Part shown: positions 18,475 through 27,798 of the stretch, one piece after another
Numbering within the stretch: the stretch's first letter is position 1
Layout: the number at the start of each line of letters is the position of its first letter
Virus genome (UHGV): UHGV-1333064
Length of the DNA stretch: 40,697 nucleotides
Strand: one strand, 5' to 3'
Source of the DNA: a virus
Made by a program: the position numbers and the translations under genes
The notes under the pieces: model-generated
What the model saw: the letters and a program-made list of their open reading frames with translations, nothing else
Databases searched by the model: none
What the model was told of the DNA's origin: nothing

Positions 18475-19248
18475 TCAGGCGAGATAAGAATGAGGGTTGG
18501 GGAAGACGATTTCTTTGTAACAGCGGCAGTTCGGGAGCTCGCCAGCGTGACCGGTCATGCCGTCAAGCGTTGGAGGTCGGCCCCATTCGACAAACTTCCC
18601 TTCCATCTCTCGATGAGAATGCCGGACGTCGCCATCTTCGGCTGTACGCCAGATATAACCATTCGAGCCGATTGACAGCGCACGCGCCTGATCCAATGCA
18701 CCGGTTGCGCGCCCAAGCTCAGTCCGGGAGATAAGGTTCGCTCGTGAGCGTGACACGTCACCGGAAGCAGCTATCTCTTTCGCGAATGGCTCAGCGCGGC
18801 CACCAGTTACTACAGCCTCGATGGCCTTGTTCTGAATGTCATACACCCGATCGGCGGCCTCAAGAGGCAGAGATTTGATGTACTTAATTTGCTCGGCGAC
18901 GATGGATTTCATCACCTGGCCTACCGGGGCGCGGTCGACCATGTTGCGTAGTTCTGCGCTGATGTTCCGACTGTGCTGACGCCACTGCTTTTCATTCTGG
19001 CGCGCAATGTCGGCGGTGAAGCTCTCAGCAACCTTAGTCGCCCAGGGGGTGATGATTTCGCTGTAGCGCTCCAGCGCATCCATTATTTCGGTGACGCTAT
19101 CGTTTGAACCATCGTAGCGACCATTTACGATATCCCCGACTGCCCGCGCTATCTGCCGTAGGCTCGTTCGATATCGGATCTCCGCCTGGCGGCTCTGGCG
19201 GTTTGTCGCCAAGTTCGCCGATGCCTGGCGGCGCTTCGTCTTCGGCAT
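18475..19248 (-). CDS. phage head morphogenesis protein (minor head protein, Mu F / SPP1 gp7 family)
   Basis: 257-aa ORF directly downstream of the portal gene with a basic N-terminus. Overlaps the portal 3' end by about 150 nt in the track, so the true start may be internal. Confidence 0.6.
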   Translation of the reverse strand: MPKTKRRQASANLATNRQSRQAEIRYRTSLRQIARAVGDIVNGRYDGSNDSVTEIMDALERYSEIITPWATKVAESFTADIARQNEKQWRQHSRNISAELRNMVDRAPVGQVMKSIVAEQIKYIKSLPLEAADRVYDIQNKAIEAVVTGGRAEPFAKEIAASGDVSRSRANLISRTELGRATGALDQARALSIGSNGYIWRTAEDGDVRHSHREMEGKFVEWGRPPTLDGMTGHAGELPNCRCYKEIVFPNPHSYLA

Positions 19249-20566
19249 TCTCTATGTCCTCGTCGGTAATGGATGCCCCGATGCCGGTGACGTCAGAGTT
19301 TTCGCGCAGGTCGGTCATCGCCGCCTTACGCGTCATCAATCCGTCGCCCAGCGCGGTACTGATCGCGTTGGTGGTGTTTACGGCCACCGTTGATCGGTCA
19401 ACGTCTGACATTTGCCATAGCGGGTTAAACTCAAACGTGAAATCGTCCGGCAGCGGCTTTCCGAGTTCCGAGCGGTGCATAATGTCCAGTATCCGGCGCA
19501 TCGGCAGCCGTAAGCGGCGCTCCTGCAATGAGCTCACCCGGTCGTAATAGTTGGCGAGGTCTGCATCACCAGTAGAGAAGCCTTTCGGGGATTGACCGAA
19601 CAGGCGTACCAGCGGGATACCAACGGCACCGCTGATCTGCTCAGCAAACTGCGAAAGAATGTCATCCAGACCACTAAAGCTGTACTGGTGGGTTTCGAAC
19701 TTATCCCGCGAGTCCATGAGCGTCATACCTTCATTGCTCTGGAACTGGCGGATCAGGTCGATGTTCTTCAGCAACGCTTCGAACGCCGGGCCTCCAAGCG
19801 CGATAAGCTCGCGCAACTTCTCCACGCTATAGGTACGCAGATGCGCTTTATATACCAGCTGCGCCGCGCCGACAGTAGCGCTATCGAACGCAGTAAGCCG
19901 ATCCCAGATACGCTCTACAACCGACATTCCCCATTCGTTTTCGGTCATCTTCTGCTGGAATGGCAGCGTGACGCCATCAAAGCGGATCAGGCGGCTGTGA
20001 TGGATGCGCCAGGCCGGAATGCCCGTTGCGGTGGTCACCACGTCGTAAAACTCAGGCTTGCCGAGGTCCGGCCCCATCTCTTTAATGCGGCGTGTCAGCA
20101 CCGGGTTAATCATCCAGCGGTCGAGCGGGAGAATGCCCTTAAACTTGCCCTCGCCAATGGTTTCGAGTCGCAGCGGGGTCATTGGTGCTTGCCCCTCGAT
20201 CATGATGAAGCCGACCGCGCCGCCGTAGAGGCGCGACCATTTCAGCACGTCGTTCAGCGCATCCCAGATCTGCAACTCATCCAGTTGCGCTTCGAGGGTG
20301 CCACGGTCTTTGGCGTCAATCTCCGAAGTGATGCGAATGCCCTTTCGGGTCATATCGTCCGGGATAGCGTCGACCGCTTCACCGATAACCCACGAACCGC
20401 GATATGACCATTCCACCAGCATGCGGTTGCGGCTGGTGAAGTTCGCCCGGTAGGTCGATGCAGAGTGCTGATTAGGCGTCTGCATCCCCACGCGGGCGAC
20501 AAAGTTCTCATAGCCATCAGCGGTGGCCTGCGCCGTTCGCTGAGAGGCTTGCTTGTTTCGTGCCAT
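19097..20566 (-). CDS. portal protein
   Basis: Track ORF 19097..20593 starts at TTG; the ATG at 20564-20566 (MARNKQ) has GGGAGG 9 nt upstream and overlaps the TerL stop (TGATG). About 490 aa, directly after TerL. Confidence 0.75.
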   Translation of the reverse strand: MARNKQASQRTAQATADGYENFVARVGMQTPNQHSASTYRANFTSRNRMLVEWSYRGSWVIGEAVDAIPDDMTRKGIRITSEIDAKDRGTLEAQLDELQIWDALNDVLKWSRLYGGAVGFIMIEGQAPMTPLRLETIGEGKFKGILPLDRWMINPVLTRRIKEMGPDLGKPEFYDVVTTATGIPAWRIHHSRLIRFDGVTLPFQQKMTENEWGMSVVERIWDRLTAFDSATVGAAQLVYKAHLRTYSVEKLRELIALGGPAFEALLKNIDLIRQFQSNEGMTLMDSRDKFETHQYSFSGLDDILSQFAEQISGAVGIPLVRLFGQSPKGFSTGDADLANYYDRVSSLQERRLRLPMRRILDIMHRSELGKPLPDDFTFEFNPLWQMSDVDRSTVAVNTTNAISTALGDGLMTRKAAMTDLRENSDVTGIGASITDEDIENAEDEAPPGIGELGDKPPEPPGGDPISNEPTADSAGSRGYRKWSLRWFKR

Positions 20567-22011
20567 CAGGCTTGCCTCCCGAGCAATTCCCAAATATCCA
20601 TTGTTGTATCGGTCGGCGCGAACGCCATTATGAAAGCGTCGGCAATGTTAGGTGAGGGGATATCGCGCTTAGCCAAATCTTTCTTGCTTTCAACCATAAC
20701 CCTACCGTTACGATCAAAGTCTCGGTGCGGGGTCGTCAGCTCAAGCTTTAGTTTCTCCAGGTGCGGGCACGATGAATCGATACTTATCAACTCATCAACA
20801 GGATATTCCTCTCCATTTTTCACCGCGTTGAACGTATTACGAAAGCGATCAGCTACCAGCCACCATGCCTGGGCTTTCAGATTGGCAAAGAAGTCTTTAT
20901 TCGGAATGCCGTTATATTCAGAATCTGGCTCGTTCACACCAGCGCCAGCATTGAAGCGTTGATAATTAACTGGTCGTGAATAAGGATTTTCACGTCGTCT
21001 GTCTTCGTTAATTTCCGAGAATTTAGCACCAGCAGAAGCGCCAACACCAATGGAGTCATAAACGATATCAGCACTTCTCTCTGTGGCTGCCTGATATGCC
21101 CGCTGGCAGCTTTTAAGAAGCTCGTCTTCTTTTGCCTTCCATTCATCAGCCCAATACACAACGGAGCCATGACGATAAACATTGGAGCACTTATCCGCAC
21201 CGCTATCGGCAACGTCGAAGCCTATTCGCTTTCGTCCGTTTGGCTCAAAACCAAGCACCTTATGGGCATCTATTGCAGCCTCAATCCACGAAAGTTTAAT
21301 AATTGCCGCGTCATCATCAGATTCGGGAACCCCCATATAAACGTGGTCAAACCCCTCCGGATCACGACGCTTTGCAGCCGAGATAACCTTAAGCATGGTG
21401 TCTGAGAGGAATGGGTTTTCGTCGTAATTGATTTTTCTCACCAACGTATCTTCTGGTGGATCAACAACGAAATTACGCCATACAAAGTCAGTCACCAGAC
21501 CAGGGTTAAAAATAAACCAGCATTCAGATCCGCTTTTACGAATGGTTGGTTCCAGTATCTTCCACTGGTATTCCGTTAGTGCATGGGCTTCTTCAAGCCA
21601 CAAAACGCTGATACCTTCCAGGGATTTAATTTCTTCGATATTGCGCCATAAACCGTAAAACACGAATTCTGAGCCAGTGACCCGGTTGATAATTTTATTA
21701 TTCAGAATTCGGAAGCGATGCCGCAGCCCAAACCGTTCAATCTGTATTTTGAGCAGGGTATAAACCGACTCTTCGATTTTGTTCTGAATTTGACGTGCGC
21801 AACAGAAACGCAGGTTGTATTTATTTGCCAGAAAGACAGCAAACCCAGCAGCATCCCATGACTTTGACGATGAGCGCCCACCAAAAAGTACTTTATTTCG
21901 AGCCTGTGTCGTCCAGAAGTTCCTTAGAGCCGGATTCAGGGTCGGTTTGGATGTCAGAGTAGAAGTCATTAAGGTCACGATCTCCATTACCGTCATCAAC
22001 GCCAGCATCAC
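20566..22011 (-). CDS. terminase large subunit
   Basis: ATPase Walker A (VLFGGRSSSKS) near the N-terminus plus a C-terminal nuclease-type region. Track ORF starts at GTG; the true start may be an internal Met (for example MTSTL at 21969). Overlaps the TerS gene 3' end. Confidence 0.85.
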   Translation of the reverse strand: MMLALMTVMEIVTLMTSTLTSKPTLNPALRNFWTTQARNKVLFGGRSSSKSWDAAGFAVFLANKYNLRFCCARQIQNKIEESVYTLLKIQIERFGLRHRFRILNNKIINRVTGSEFVFYGLWRNIEEIKSLEGISVLWLEEAHALTEYQWKILEPTIRKSGSECWFIFNPGLVTDFVWRNFVVDPPEDTLVRKINYDENPFLSDTMLKVISAAKRRDPEGFDHVYMGVPESDDDAAIIKLSWIEAAIDAHKVLGFEPNGRKRIGFDVADSGADKCSNVYRHGSVVYWADEWKAKEDELLKSCQRAYQAATERSADIVYDSIGVGASAGAKFSEINEDRRRENPYSRPVNYQRFNAGAGVNEPDSEYNGIPNKDFFANLKAQAWWLVADRFRNTFNAVKNGEEYPVDELISIDSSCPHLEKLKLELTTPHRDFDRNGRVMVESKKDLAKRDIPSPNIADAFIMAFAPTDTTMDIWELLGRQA

Positions 22012-22675
22012 GACGAAGGCGATCCGCTTCCAGAGACACTTTGTCAGTGGAGGCGAGCCGATGCTCTATAGATGCCTTTGTGAATTCCAGCGACTCAATG
22101 CGGGCCGTGTTACGGTGCATGGCTTTTTGCGCAGATGAAATTAGCTCGTGAAGATTATTGGCGGTATCGCCATCAGCTATTTCAAGCTCAGTCTGCCAGC
22201 GGCCAATATTTTCAGCAGCGGTAAGGTTCGCCGCACGCAACCAGAAAAGCTCATCGTCGAGCGTGAGCAGCTTCGCATCTTCGGTGATTGCATCAGAGAG
22301 CAGCATCCTGCGACCGTAGCCGCCGTGCTTAAGGGCATTCTGGTTGCCAGGCTGGAAAGGAGGGTGGTTGGTGACTACGTTCCTGCGCACACGTTCGGGT
22401 TTCGTATCTGGAGGATTCGCAGCATTGGAGGATTCGCAATCACCATCAGATGGCTTGCTACCTCTGGCCTTATCGCCTTTTTTTGCCTGCGAATTCGCAG
22501 TTTTATTCGCACTTTTCTTTTGCGAATTCGCACTACCATTCGCAATTTTGATATAGCGCTTTGCAGTCGAGTAATTCAGTCCCTGCGCTTCGCACCATTC
22601 TTTGGGGGAAATGCCGGTTTTGGCATGTTCGGACAGGAACCGTTGCTGAAGCTCGCCCCAGTCCGGCTTTGCCAT
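21893..22675 (-). CDS. terminase small subunit
   Basis: 260-aa ORF immediately upstream of TerL. N-terminal HTH-like region, an NALKHGGY motif that I recall from phage small terminases, and a low-complexity linker (SANSQKKSANKTANSQAKKG). Confidence 0.65.
   Translation of the reverse strand: MAKPDWGELQQRFLSEHAKTGISPKEWCEAQGLNYSTAKRYIKIANGSANSQKKSANKTANSQAKKGDKARGSKPSDGDCESSNAANPPDTKPERVRRNVVTNHPPFQPGNQNALKHGGYGRRMLLSDAITEDAKLLTLDDELFWLRAANLTAAENIGRWQTELEIADGDTANNLHELISSAQKAMHRNTARIESLEFTKASIEHRLASTDKVSLEADRLRRDAGVDDGNGDRDLNDFYSDIQTDPESGSKELLDDTGSK
22410..22544. repeat. cluster of ATTCGCA repeats and 12-14-bp palindromes inside the TerS gene (candidate pac region)
   Basis: Six copies of ATTCGCA at 22415, 22432, 22493, 22505, 22526 and 22538; tandem GGAGGATTCGCA x2 (22410-22438); palindromes CTGCGAATTCGCAG (22487-22500) and TGCGAATTCGCA (22521-22532). 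Confidence 0.5.
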
Positions 22676-22687
22676 TGGTCACTCCAT

Positions 22688-22867
22688 TCAAACGAGTTCA
22701 GTCTCGATGGATACTTTCTTCATGAGAGCGTTGGTAAGCTCATCAAGAATGTATGCCTGTAGTTGCGGGGTAAGGCGTCGTCCGGCTAGTGCCGTTTTGA
22801 GCCTTTCAAACTCATCGAGCATATCCTGCTCGGTCGGTAAGCCAACAACGGTTACTTTCAGTTCCAT
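22688..22867 (-). CDS. small hypothetical protein (59 aa)
   Basis: Track ORF 22688..23035 trimmed to the Met of MELKV (ATG 22865-22867) with GGGAGAAGAG upstream; the longer form overlaps the upstream ORF. Confidence 0.3.
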   Translation of the reverse strand: MELKVTVVGLPTEQDMLDEFERLKTALAGRRLTPQLQAYILDELTNALMKKVSIETELV

Positions 22868-22985
22868 AGTCTCTTCTCCCATCCCCTGCAGGGGATATTT
22901 GATATTTATCTGCTCAAGGGGATACCCATTATCAAGCCCACCCGTAGATGAGCTTTGTAATGGAAAGCCGTTGTGAAAGTGGCTC

Positions 22986-23366
22986 TCAGTGTGCAGGTAG
23001 TTCCCCATCAGCAACTTTCTGGGCGTAGTAATCAAGGATGTCTTCGATGACCGCTATTCCTGACGGTTTGAGCCCCTCATACTTCCCTATTGATGCGAAA
23101 TACGAAGGGCGCTCAGGATTGTAGATATCGAGCATCCGAAAGAACTTCATCTCCACTGCGTCAGCATCCATATTGTCGGCCATAAAATATGACGTGAACA
23201 TCGACGCCAGGCAGTCAGCATCTATCAGAATGTCGCCAAATTCAGAACGGTATATGGGTTGCCGGTGTTTCGCAGTTTGCATGATGACGAACTCCTCACA
23301 GACCTGCCTGGCCATGGGGAATTTTTCTGGTGAGTATGGATTCACGGCCACCTCACGCAGCAGCAT
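22986..23366 (-). CDS. hypothetical protein
   Basis: 126-aa ORF between the KilA-N gene and TerS on the late strand; start uncertain. Confidence 0.35.
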   Translation of the reverse strand: MLLREVAVNPYSPEKFPMARQVCEEFVIMQTAKHRQPIYRSEFGDILIDADCLASMFTSYFMADNMDADAVEMKFFRMLDIYNPERPSYFASIGKYEGLKPSGIAVIEDILDYYAQKVADGELPAH

Positions 23367-24081
23367 AGAGCAATTTCATCTGCCCTTTTACCGGGAATGC
23401 CGACATGCAGCGCGCTTCGAAATCACGATAATCAGAGCACCCATTGGCAATGCTGGTAACGGCAATGATCTGTCGCTCAACCAATGTCAGCGCGTCAGGT
23501 TTAAGGTGCTGATGGATTTTATCTCCCGCAGCCAGGCGTCTTTTAACCTCTGCATACACTTCTGGTGGTAATACCGGGCCATATACCCACTTTGCGCTGA
23601 TCATCCCAAAAAGTGCGGGGCGACGACCTGGCCTATGACGAGGCAGTCCTGACATTTTGAACATTGCAGAATAAAACGGATCGCTAAACCTCTTTTCCCA
23701 TGGCTGAGATTTATCCAGAAGGAAAATAGCCTTTATTCTTTCATCGTCGATATGATGAACGGAACCCTGAATGATTGCGTCAATTTGCTCATCACACCAG
23801 ATCTCAAAATCTACAGAAAGCCATCGAGCAAATCTGACCGCCAGTTTTGGGTGAAGCCATGTTCCGCCGCCACGGTCTTTGCGAGCGCGGCTGGTTTTTA
23901 CATATGTGATATTCCCATATCTACTCTTTAGCGCCTCGATGTAACGAACAGTCTCAGGAAGCCTAAGCCACTGAGCTGGCTCCTTGTTGAACTTGTCAGC
24001 CGCCGCAGTCGCGTCAAACCAGCCATCGTCAGAAAAACGCATTGGATGGCCTTCGAAATCAATCGGGATGATATTAGACAT
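23353..24081 (-). CDS. KilA-N domain protein
   Basis: Track ORF trimmed to MSNIIPIDFEGHPMRF...; the N-terminal region has the fold-typical motifs I associate with KilA-N DNA-binding domains, followed by a C-terminal extension. Confidence 0.6.
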   Translation of the reverse strand: MSNIIPIDFEGHPMRFSDDGWFDATAAADKFNKEPAQWLRLPETVRYIEALKSRYGNITYVKTSRARKDRGGGTWLHPKLAVRFARWLSVDFEIWCDEQIDAIIQGSVHHIDDERIKAIFLLDKSQPWEKRFSDPFYSAMFKMSGLPRHRPGRRPALFGMISAKWVYGPVLPPEVYAEVKRRLAAGDKIHQHLKPDALTLVERQIIAVTSIANGCSDYRDFEARCMSAFPVKGQMKLLYAAA

Positions 24082-24245
24082 CGTATTTACCTTTTTGGTG
24101 ATATGAGCCAGTTCTCGCAGACATGGACAGCCCAAGAGCGGCACGATGTAAGCCACCGTCCTGTCTCTGTCTCATACCCCGAAAAGCTCTTGGTTGATAT
24201 GCGCACGAGAATGCGCGGGTTTACTGCAGGCGTAAAAAAGCCCCG

Positions 24246-24569
24246 CTATTGCGAGGCTCTTGATGATTCGATTTTCCTGATTGCTGCCTTATCCAGATTG
24301 CACTGCCCCAGCGCCGTGTAGAGCTGAGCGTTTAACTCCAGACTTGCCTGCCACGTGAACGGAACCTCCATTCCGGGGATCGGTGTGTCTGCAGTAAGGT
24401 CAGCGCTTATCAGTACCACGGGCGCCGGCACGTAAACCGTCCGCGTATTCCCGCAAGCTGTCAGCAGCGGCAGCAGGAACAAGCTGCTTAGCACACTGAT
24501 CCCCTTCAAGCGCCTGCCTGATGTAGATAACACGCTGCTCACCTGCCTGGGAAAGTTCGGTCTTTGCAT
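24246..24569 (-). CDS. o-spanin (Rz1-like outer-membrane lipoprotein)
   Basis: ORF in an alternate frame overlapping the 3' half of Rz; signal peptide with lipobox LLPLLTACG. Start codon uncertain. Confidence 0.5.
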   Translation of the reverse strand: MQRPNFPRQVSSVLSTSGRRLKGISVLSSLFLLPLLTACGNTRTVYVPAPVVLISADLTADTPIPGMEVPFTWQASLELNAQLYTALGQCNLDKAAIRKIESSRASQ

Positions 24570-24777
24570 TCTGGGTTACCCGGGAAATGTCATTGATGAG
24601 GTTCATTGCGGTGACTACGCTATTGCTAACGGTCTCGGCGGTTTCCGCCCTGGCCGTTGCTTTATCACGCTGCTCTTTGAAGGTGATAGCGTTGTCGTGG
24701 TAGTGGCTAGCCAGCCATCCGAGGCTAACTATCAGGCAGATCACTACGGCGCTGATAATAGCGGTTAACCGGTTCAT
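24400..24777 (-). CDS. Rz: i-spanin (Rz-like)
   Basis: 125-aa ORF; N-terminus [39 protein letters not shown] closely parallels lambda Rz (transmembrane helix then coiled coil). Starts with a 4-nt overlap on the endolysin stop. Confidence 0.7.
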   Translation of the reverse strand: MNRLTAIISAVVICLIVSLGWLASHYHDNAITFKEQRDKATARAETAETVSNSVVTAMNLINDISRVTQNAKTELSQAGEQRVIYIRQALEGDQCAKQLVPAAAADSLREYADGLRAGARGTDKR

Positions 24778-25259
24778 GGTTGTACTTCGGCTACAACGCC
24801 GCCAGCGGCTTTGAATTTTGCGATCAGGTTGTCTGCCTTATGCTCAAACTGGCCATAGCCTGCCCCGGGCAATGACGCCCAGATATTGCTGCAACGATCG
24901 ATAGCTTGCCGAATCTGCCCGTTATCGATGAGCGGAAGCGCGCCACGTTCTTTGATTTGCTGCAGTGCCACCTGGTCCTGTGAGGCTGGAGAGAAGTCTT
25001 TCAGTCCAAGCTGTTTCCGGTACGCATCCCACCATTTTGAAAGCAACTGGTAACGCCCAGCCGCGGTAGATTTGATGCCCAACTTGGGGAGGTTGACCAG
25101 TTTTCGTGGGTGGTCGCTGTAGTCAGAGAAAAGCGATCCGCCGACAATGACATCATAACCCCTGTTTTTGGTGTTCTGCCTTGGCTTGTCAGTACCCTCT
25201 GACCAGGCGAGCATATCCAGAAATGCCCTGCGCTGCTTATTGAGTTCCAGCATCATCAA
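24774..25259 (-). CDS. R: endolysin, lambda R-type lytic transglycosylase
   Basis: 161-aa protein near-identical, from memory, to lambda R along most of its length ([65 protein letters not shown]). Confidence 0.9.
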   Translation of the reverse strand: MMMLELNKQRRAFLDMLAWSEGTDKPRQNTKNRGYDVIVGGSLFSDYSDHPRKLVNLPKLGIKSTAAGRYQLLSKWWDAYRKQLGLKDFSPASQDQVALQQIKERGALPLIDNGQIRQAIDRCSNIWASLPGAGYGQFEHKADNLIAKFKAAGGVVAEVQP

Positions 25260-25560
25260 CCCCTGCTTTTCTGGCGGCGAACTTCTTAATCAGGTTGCCG
25301 ATCGAGTCTGTACCGATGTAGCCAATGAAGACACTGGCGATATACGCGAGATTGCTGCTCAGGCCAATGAAGTCGAGAAGGTCACGGACGAACCAGGCGA
25401 TCATCGCGCACATGACCGCATCGATCAGCGTCTTCGCCATAGCGCCACCGTTATAGCGACCCCGCAAATACGCCATGATGAAAGCCAGTATTGCGCCGAT
25501 ACCCTGCTCCTTAGCTGCCAGCAGAGCGGCGATGAAATCTTGTTTGTAGGGCATTCGCAT
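25237..25560 (-). CDS. S: holin, lambda S-type (dual-start motif)
   Basis: Track ORF starts at GTG; ATGs at 25558-25560 and 25552-25554 give M-R-M, like the lambda S107/S105 dual start. Protein closely matches lambda S ([28 protein letters not shown]..., [18 protein letters not shown]). Confidence 0.85.
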   Translation of the reverse strand: MRMPYKQDFIAALLAAKEQGIGAILAFIMAYLRGRYNGGAMAKTLIDAVMCAMIAWFVRDLLDFIGLSSNLAYIASVFIGYIGTDSIGNLIKKFAARKAGVDDAGTQ

Positions 25561-25669
25561 AAGCCTCACCTCCGTTAATGACGGATGGCGCTGTGTGTGT
25601 TTGTAGGGGAAAGGCCGTCAGACTCTGATTGCTACATGGCATCTGAAAATGATATCTGCGGCCTGCAAT

Positions 25670-25693
25670 AAAAAAGCCCACGGCGCGGTGGGC
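25670..25693 (-). terminator. intrinsic terminator upstream of the holin gene (tR'-like)
   Basis: Minus-strand RNA GCCCAC-CGCGCC-GUGGGC followed by UUUUUU, about 110 nt upstream of the holin start. Confidence 0.5.
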
Positions 25694-25947
25694 AATAGAG
25701 GGTAGTGCGTTGAGCTTTTGCTCTTATGGTCCTGGTAGGTATTTGGTGTGTGGTGACCGGTGCTGTGTTTTCCGGCATGTAAATGAACTACCCGTCGTCG
25801 CCATGGTGAGCCTTTACCTCACCATCTAGCTGATAAGTTAGCGCATCAGCCTGCGCATTCACCACAACGATAATTGCACTGCGCCTGTTTCGGTTAGCGT
25901 AACGGGATTAACCGGTCACCCCAATGCAATTATCTGTTGTGCAGATA

Positions 25948-25977
25948 CAAAAAAGCCCCGAGCTATTAACTCAGGGC
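25948..25977 (-). terminator. intrinsic terminator about 105 nt downstream of the Q gene
   Basis: Minus-strand RNA GCCCUGAG-UUAAUAG-CUCGGGGC (8-bp stem with one G-U pair) followed by UUUUUU. Confidence 0.5.
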
Positions 25978-26082
25978 CATCGAATGAATGCACTACTCCA
26001 TCATTGATTTCAGATTAAACAAAAATCGCCACTTTGTAAAGTGTAGTTTTCTAGATAAATCCTATTTCATAGAAAACATTCA

Positions 26083-26847
26083 CTATCGCGTGACTTTGTT
26101 CAACATCTGGTTTGCGTACTCTTCCTGCTTGATGCACTCACCTACCAGACTTTCGAAAAAATCCTTGTAAGACCTGCGCCACGTGGTTTCAGGTATATCC
26201 ATCACCGTTACGCAGATGTATTTACGGACGCTATCAGGTAGCAATCTGGCATAACCACGCCCATTGCAGCGCGTACAGGTTTTATATGCAGGAACGCCGC
26301 GCTGTAGAATAGTTTTCTCTTTGTCTAATACTGTTCCTTTGCCATTGCACTGGCATGCGTTGGTCAGAGCACCCTTCCCTTTGCATTTGTGGCAAAGCAC
26401 CTTAACCATCTCTCTTTTTTCGCTAAGGTGTGGCTGTCCGATATGCTTCATCGTCATTACTTCAGCTTCGACAAACTTATTTCCATTGCAGCAGTCGCAC
26501 GTTCTGGTACTGGCGGCGCTCCGGGAGTAATCAGCAAAGGCGAAAGTTGCGAGAACTTGCATTACCTTTGGCTTAACATCGCTCTCAAGCTTGCGTAAGG
26601 CGGCAACCTTATCGCAGTGCTCAATTGCATATTTGGTCAGCAGGTCAATTGCTCGCTCGCGATCGTAATCGCTGATATCCATCTTACCGAGGAATGCACT
26701 GAACCCGAGATCAGCCCGGCTCTGTGTCATTCCGATCGCCGCCATAATGTCAGTGCCGGTTAATGAGTCAGATGCGGTTGCACGTGGAGCGTCGCTAATC
26801 ATCGTTGACTTCGCGAAGTGGTATTTCACTGTGTTTTCGAGATTCAT
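26083..26847 (-). CDS. late-gene antitermination protein Q-like
   Basis: 254-aa ORF immediately upstream of the lysis cassette, with Cys-rich zinc-binding motifs (CDCCNGNK, CHKCKGKG, CQCNGKG, CTRCNGRG). Confidence 0.65.
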   Translation of the reverse strand: MNLENTVKYHFAKSTMISDAPRATASDSLTGTDIMAAIGMTQSRADLGFSAFLGKMDISDYDRERAIDLLTKYAIEHCDKVAALRKLESDVKPKVMQVLATFAFADYSRSAASTRTCDCCNGNKFVEAEVMTMKHIGQPHLSEKREMVKVLCHKCKGKGALTNACQCNGKGTVLDKEKTILQRGVPAYKTCTRCNGRGYARLLPDSVRKYICVTVMDIPETTWRRSYKDFFESLVGECIKQEEYANQMLNKVTR

Positions 26848-26986
26848 GCTTCTGCTCCTGATGGTTTATAGCGGCTGATGTAATTGCGTAAAATTCGGTA
26901 GTCCGTAGCAAATGAACCCGGGTGACGATAGATGCGTAACCGAGTCCATCGCAGACGAAGATGATCAGCAAAGTAGGATTCGAATG

Positions 26987-27349
26987 TCATGCGGACTCCA
27001 GTTCAGTAATGGTCAGTTCAAGTCTGCCGCCTTTGACGACCGGCATTCTCTTCACGCTGTAGTAGTCGACTTGTTGGTCATCGAGCCAGAACCCGGATTT
27101 CGTCAGGGCGTCGAACGCGGCCTTTTGCAGATTGTCCAGGTCGCGGCGGCGGCGATCCGGCATATGGCACTCAATGCGTATTTTCACGGGTGTAGCCAGG
27201 CCGATATCCAGCATTGAGTCTTTGATGATTCTGGCGACACTGTCGCGGTACGCCTGCCCATCTGTGCTGATGTGCGTGCGCCCGCGATTATGGCGGTAGT
27301 AGCGGTTATTGCTCGGCGGCCAGGGCAATGTGATGTTGTAAGTATTCAT
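26987..27349 (-). CDS. rusA: Holliday junction resolvase RusA
   Basis: Track ORF trimmed to [18 protein letters not shown] (ATG overlapping the upstream stop, ATGA); N-terminus and the DxDN region match RusA-family resolvases. Confidence 0.8.
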   Translation of the reverse strand: MNTYNITLPWPPSNNRYYRHNRGRTHISTDGQAYRDSVARIIKDSMLDIGLATPVKIRIECHMPDRRRRDLDNLQKAAFDALTKSGFWLDDQQVDYYSVKRMPVVKGGRLELTITELESA

Positions 27350-27636
27350 GCCTTGATTACCCCCTCTTTCAGCCAGATAACCTGCGTTCTCGCCATACCT
27401 TCCAGCGCGCATTCTTTAGCATACTCAGCATCGACAAAATGTGTACGGCGGTCGATCTCGTCGTGACAGGCAGAGCATGCAATGGTGGCAATAAGGTCTG
27501 GCGGTTTAATACCGGTGCCGCACAATCCAGCCAGCCGGATATGTGCCAGTACAGACGTTTCAGGATTGCCATTACATACGCCAGGGATTCTTACCTGGCA
27601 TTCCCGACCACGCGCTGCTTTTCTCAAATCAGCCAT
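27346..27636 (-). CDS. Nin-region Cys-rich protein (DUF1364-like)
   Basis: 96-aa ORF with motifs [11 protein letters not shown] and [11 protein letters not shown]; ATGA-coupled to RusA downstream and to the small ORF upstream. Confidence 0.55.
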   Translation of the reverse strand: MADLRKAARGRECQVRIPGVCNGNPETSVLAHIRLAGLCGTGIKPPDLIATIACSACHDEIDRRTHFVDAEYAKECALEGMARTQVIWLKEGVIKA

Positions 27637-27798
27637 GTGACCTCCGCGCTTTCAGGCGATCCCATTTCACCTGGGTCAGTCGCGCGGTGTAGCCGAGCAG
27701 TGATGGGATTTCGGATGGCTTGAGTTCAGGCTTGCGCTTAGTGCGTGTCCGGACCCGGTAGATTTCGTTGGTGATGATGCGAGCGAGAGGGCTAGCCA
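27628..27798 (-). CDS. small hypothetical protein (56 aa), not in the supplied ORF track
   Basis: ATG 27796-27798 overlaps the NinB stop (TAATG) and its TGA overlaps the DUF1364 ATG (ATGGCTGA). Read by eye as [56 protein letters not shown]. Below the track's length cut-off. Confidence 0.4.

Noticed and set aside
19592-20407. 271-aa plus-strand ORF
   Set aside because: Lies wholly inside the portal gene on the opposite strand; no recognisable motifs.
25570-26082. Possible tRNA gene between Q and S, as in some lambdoid phages
   Set aside because: No T-loop-like GTTCGA/GTTCAA motif or cloverleaf-compatible arrangement seen by eye; would need tRNAscan to exclude formally.
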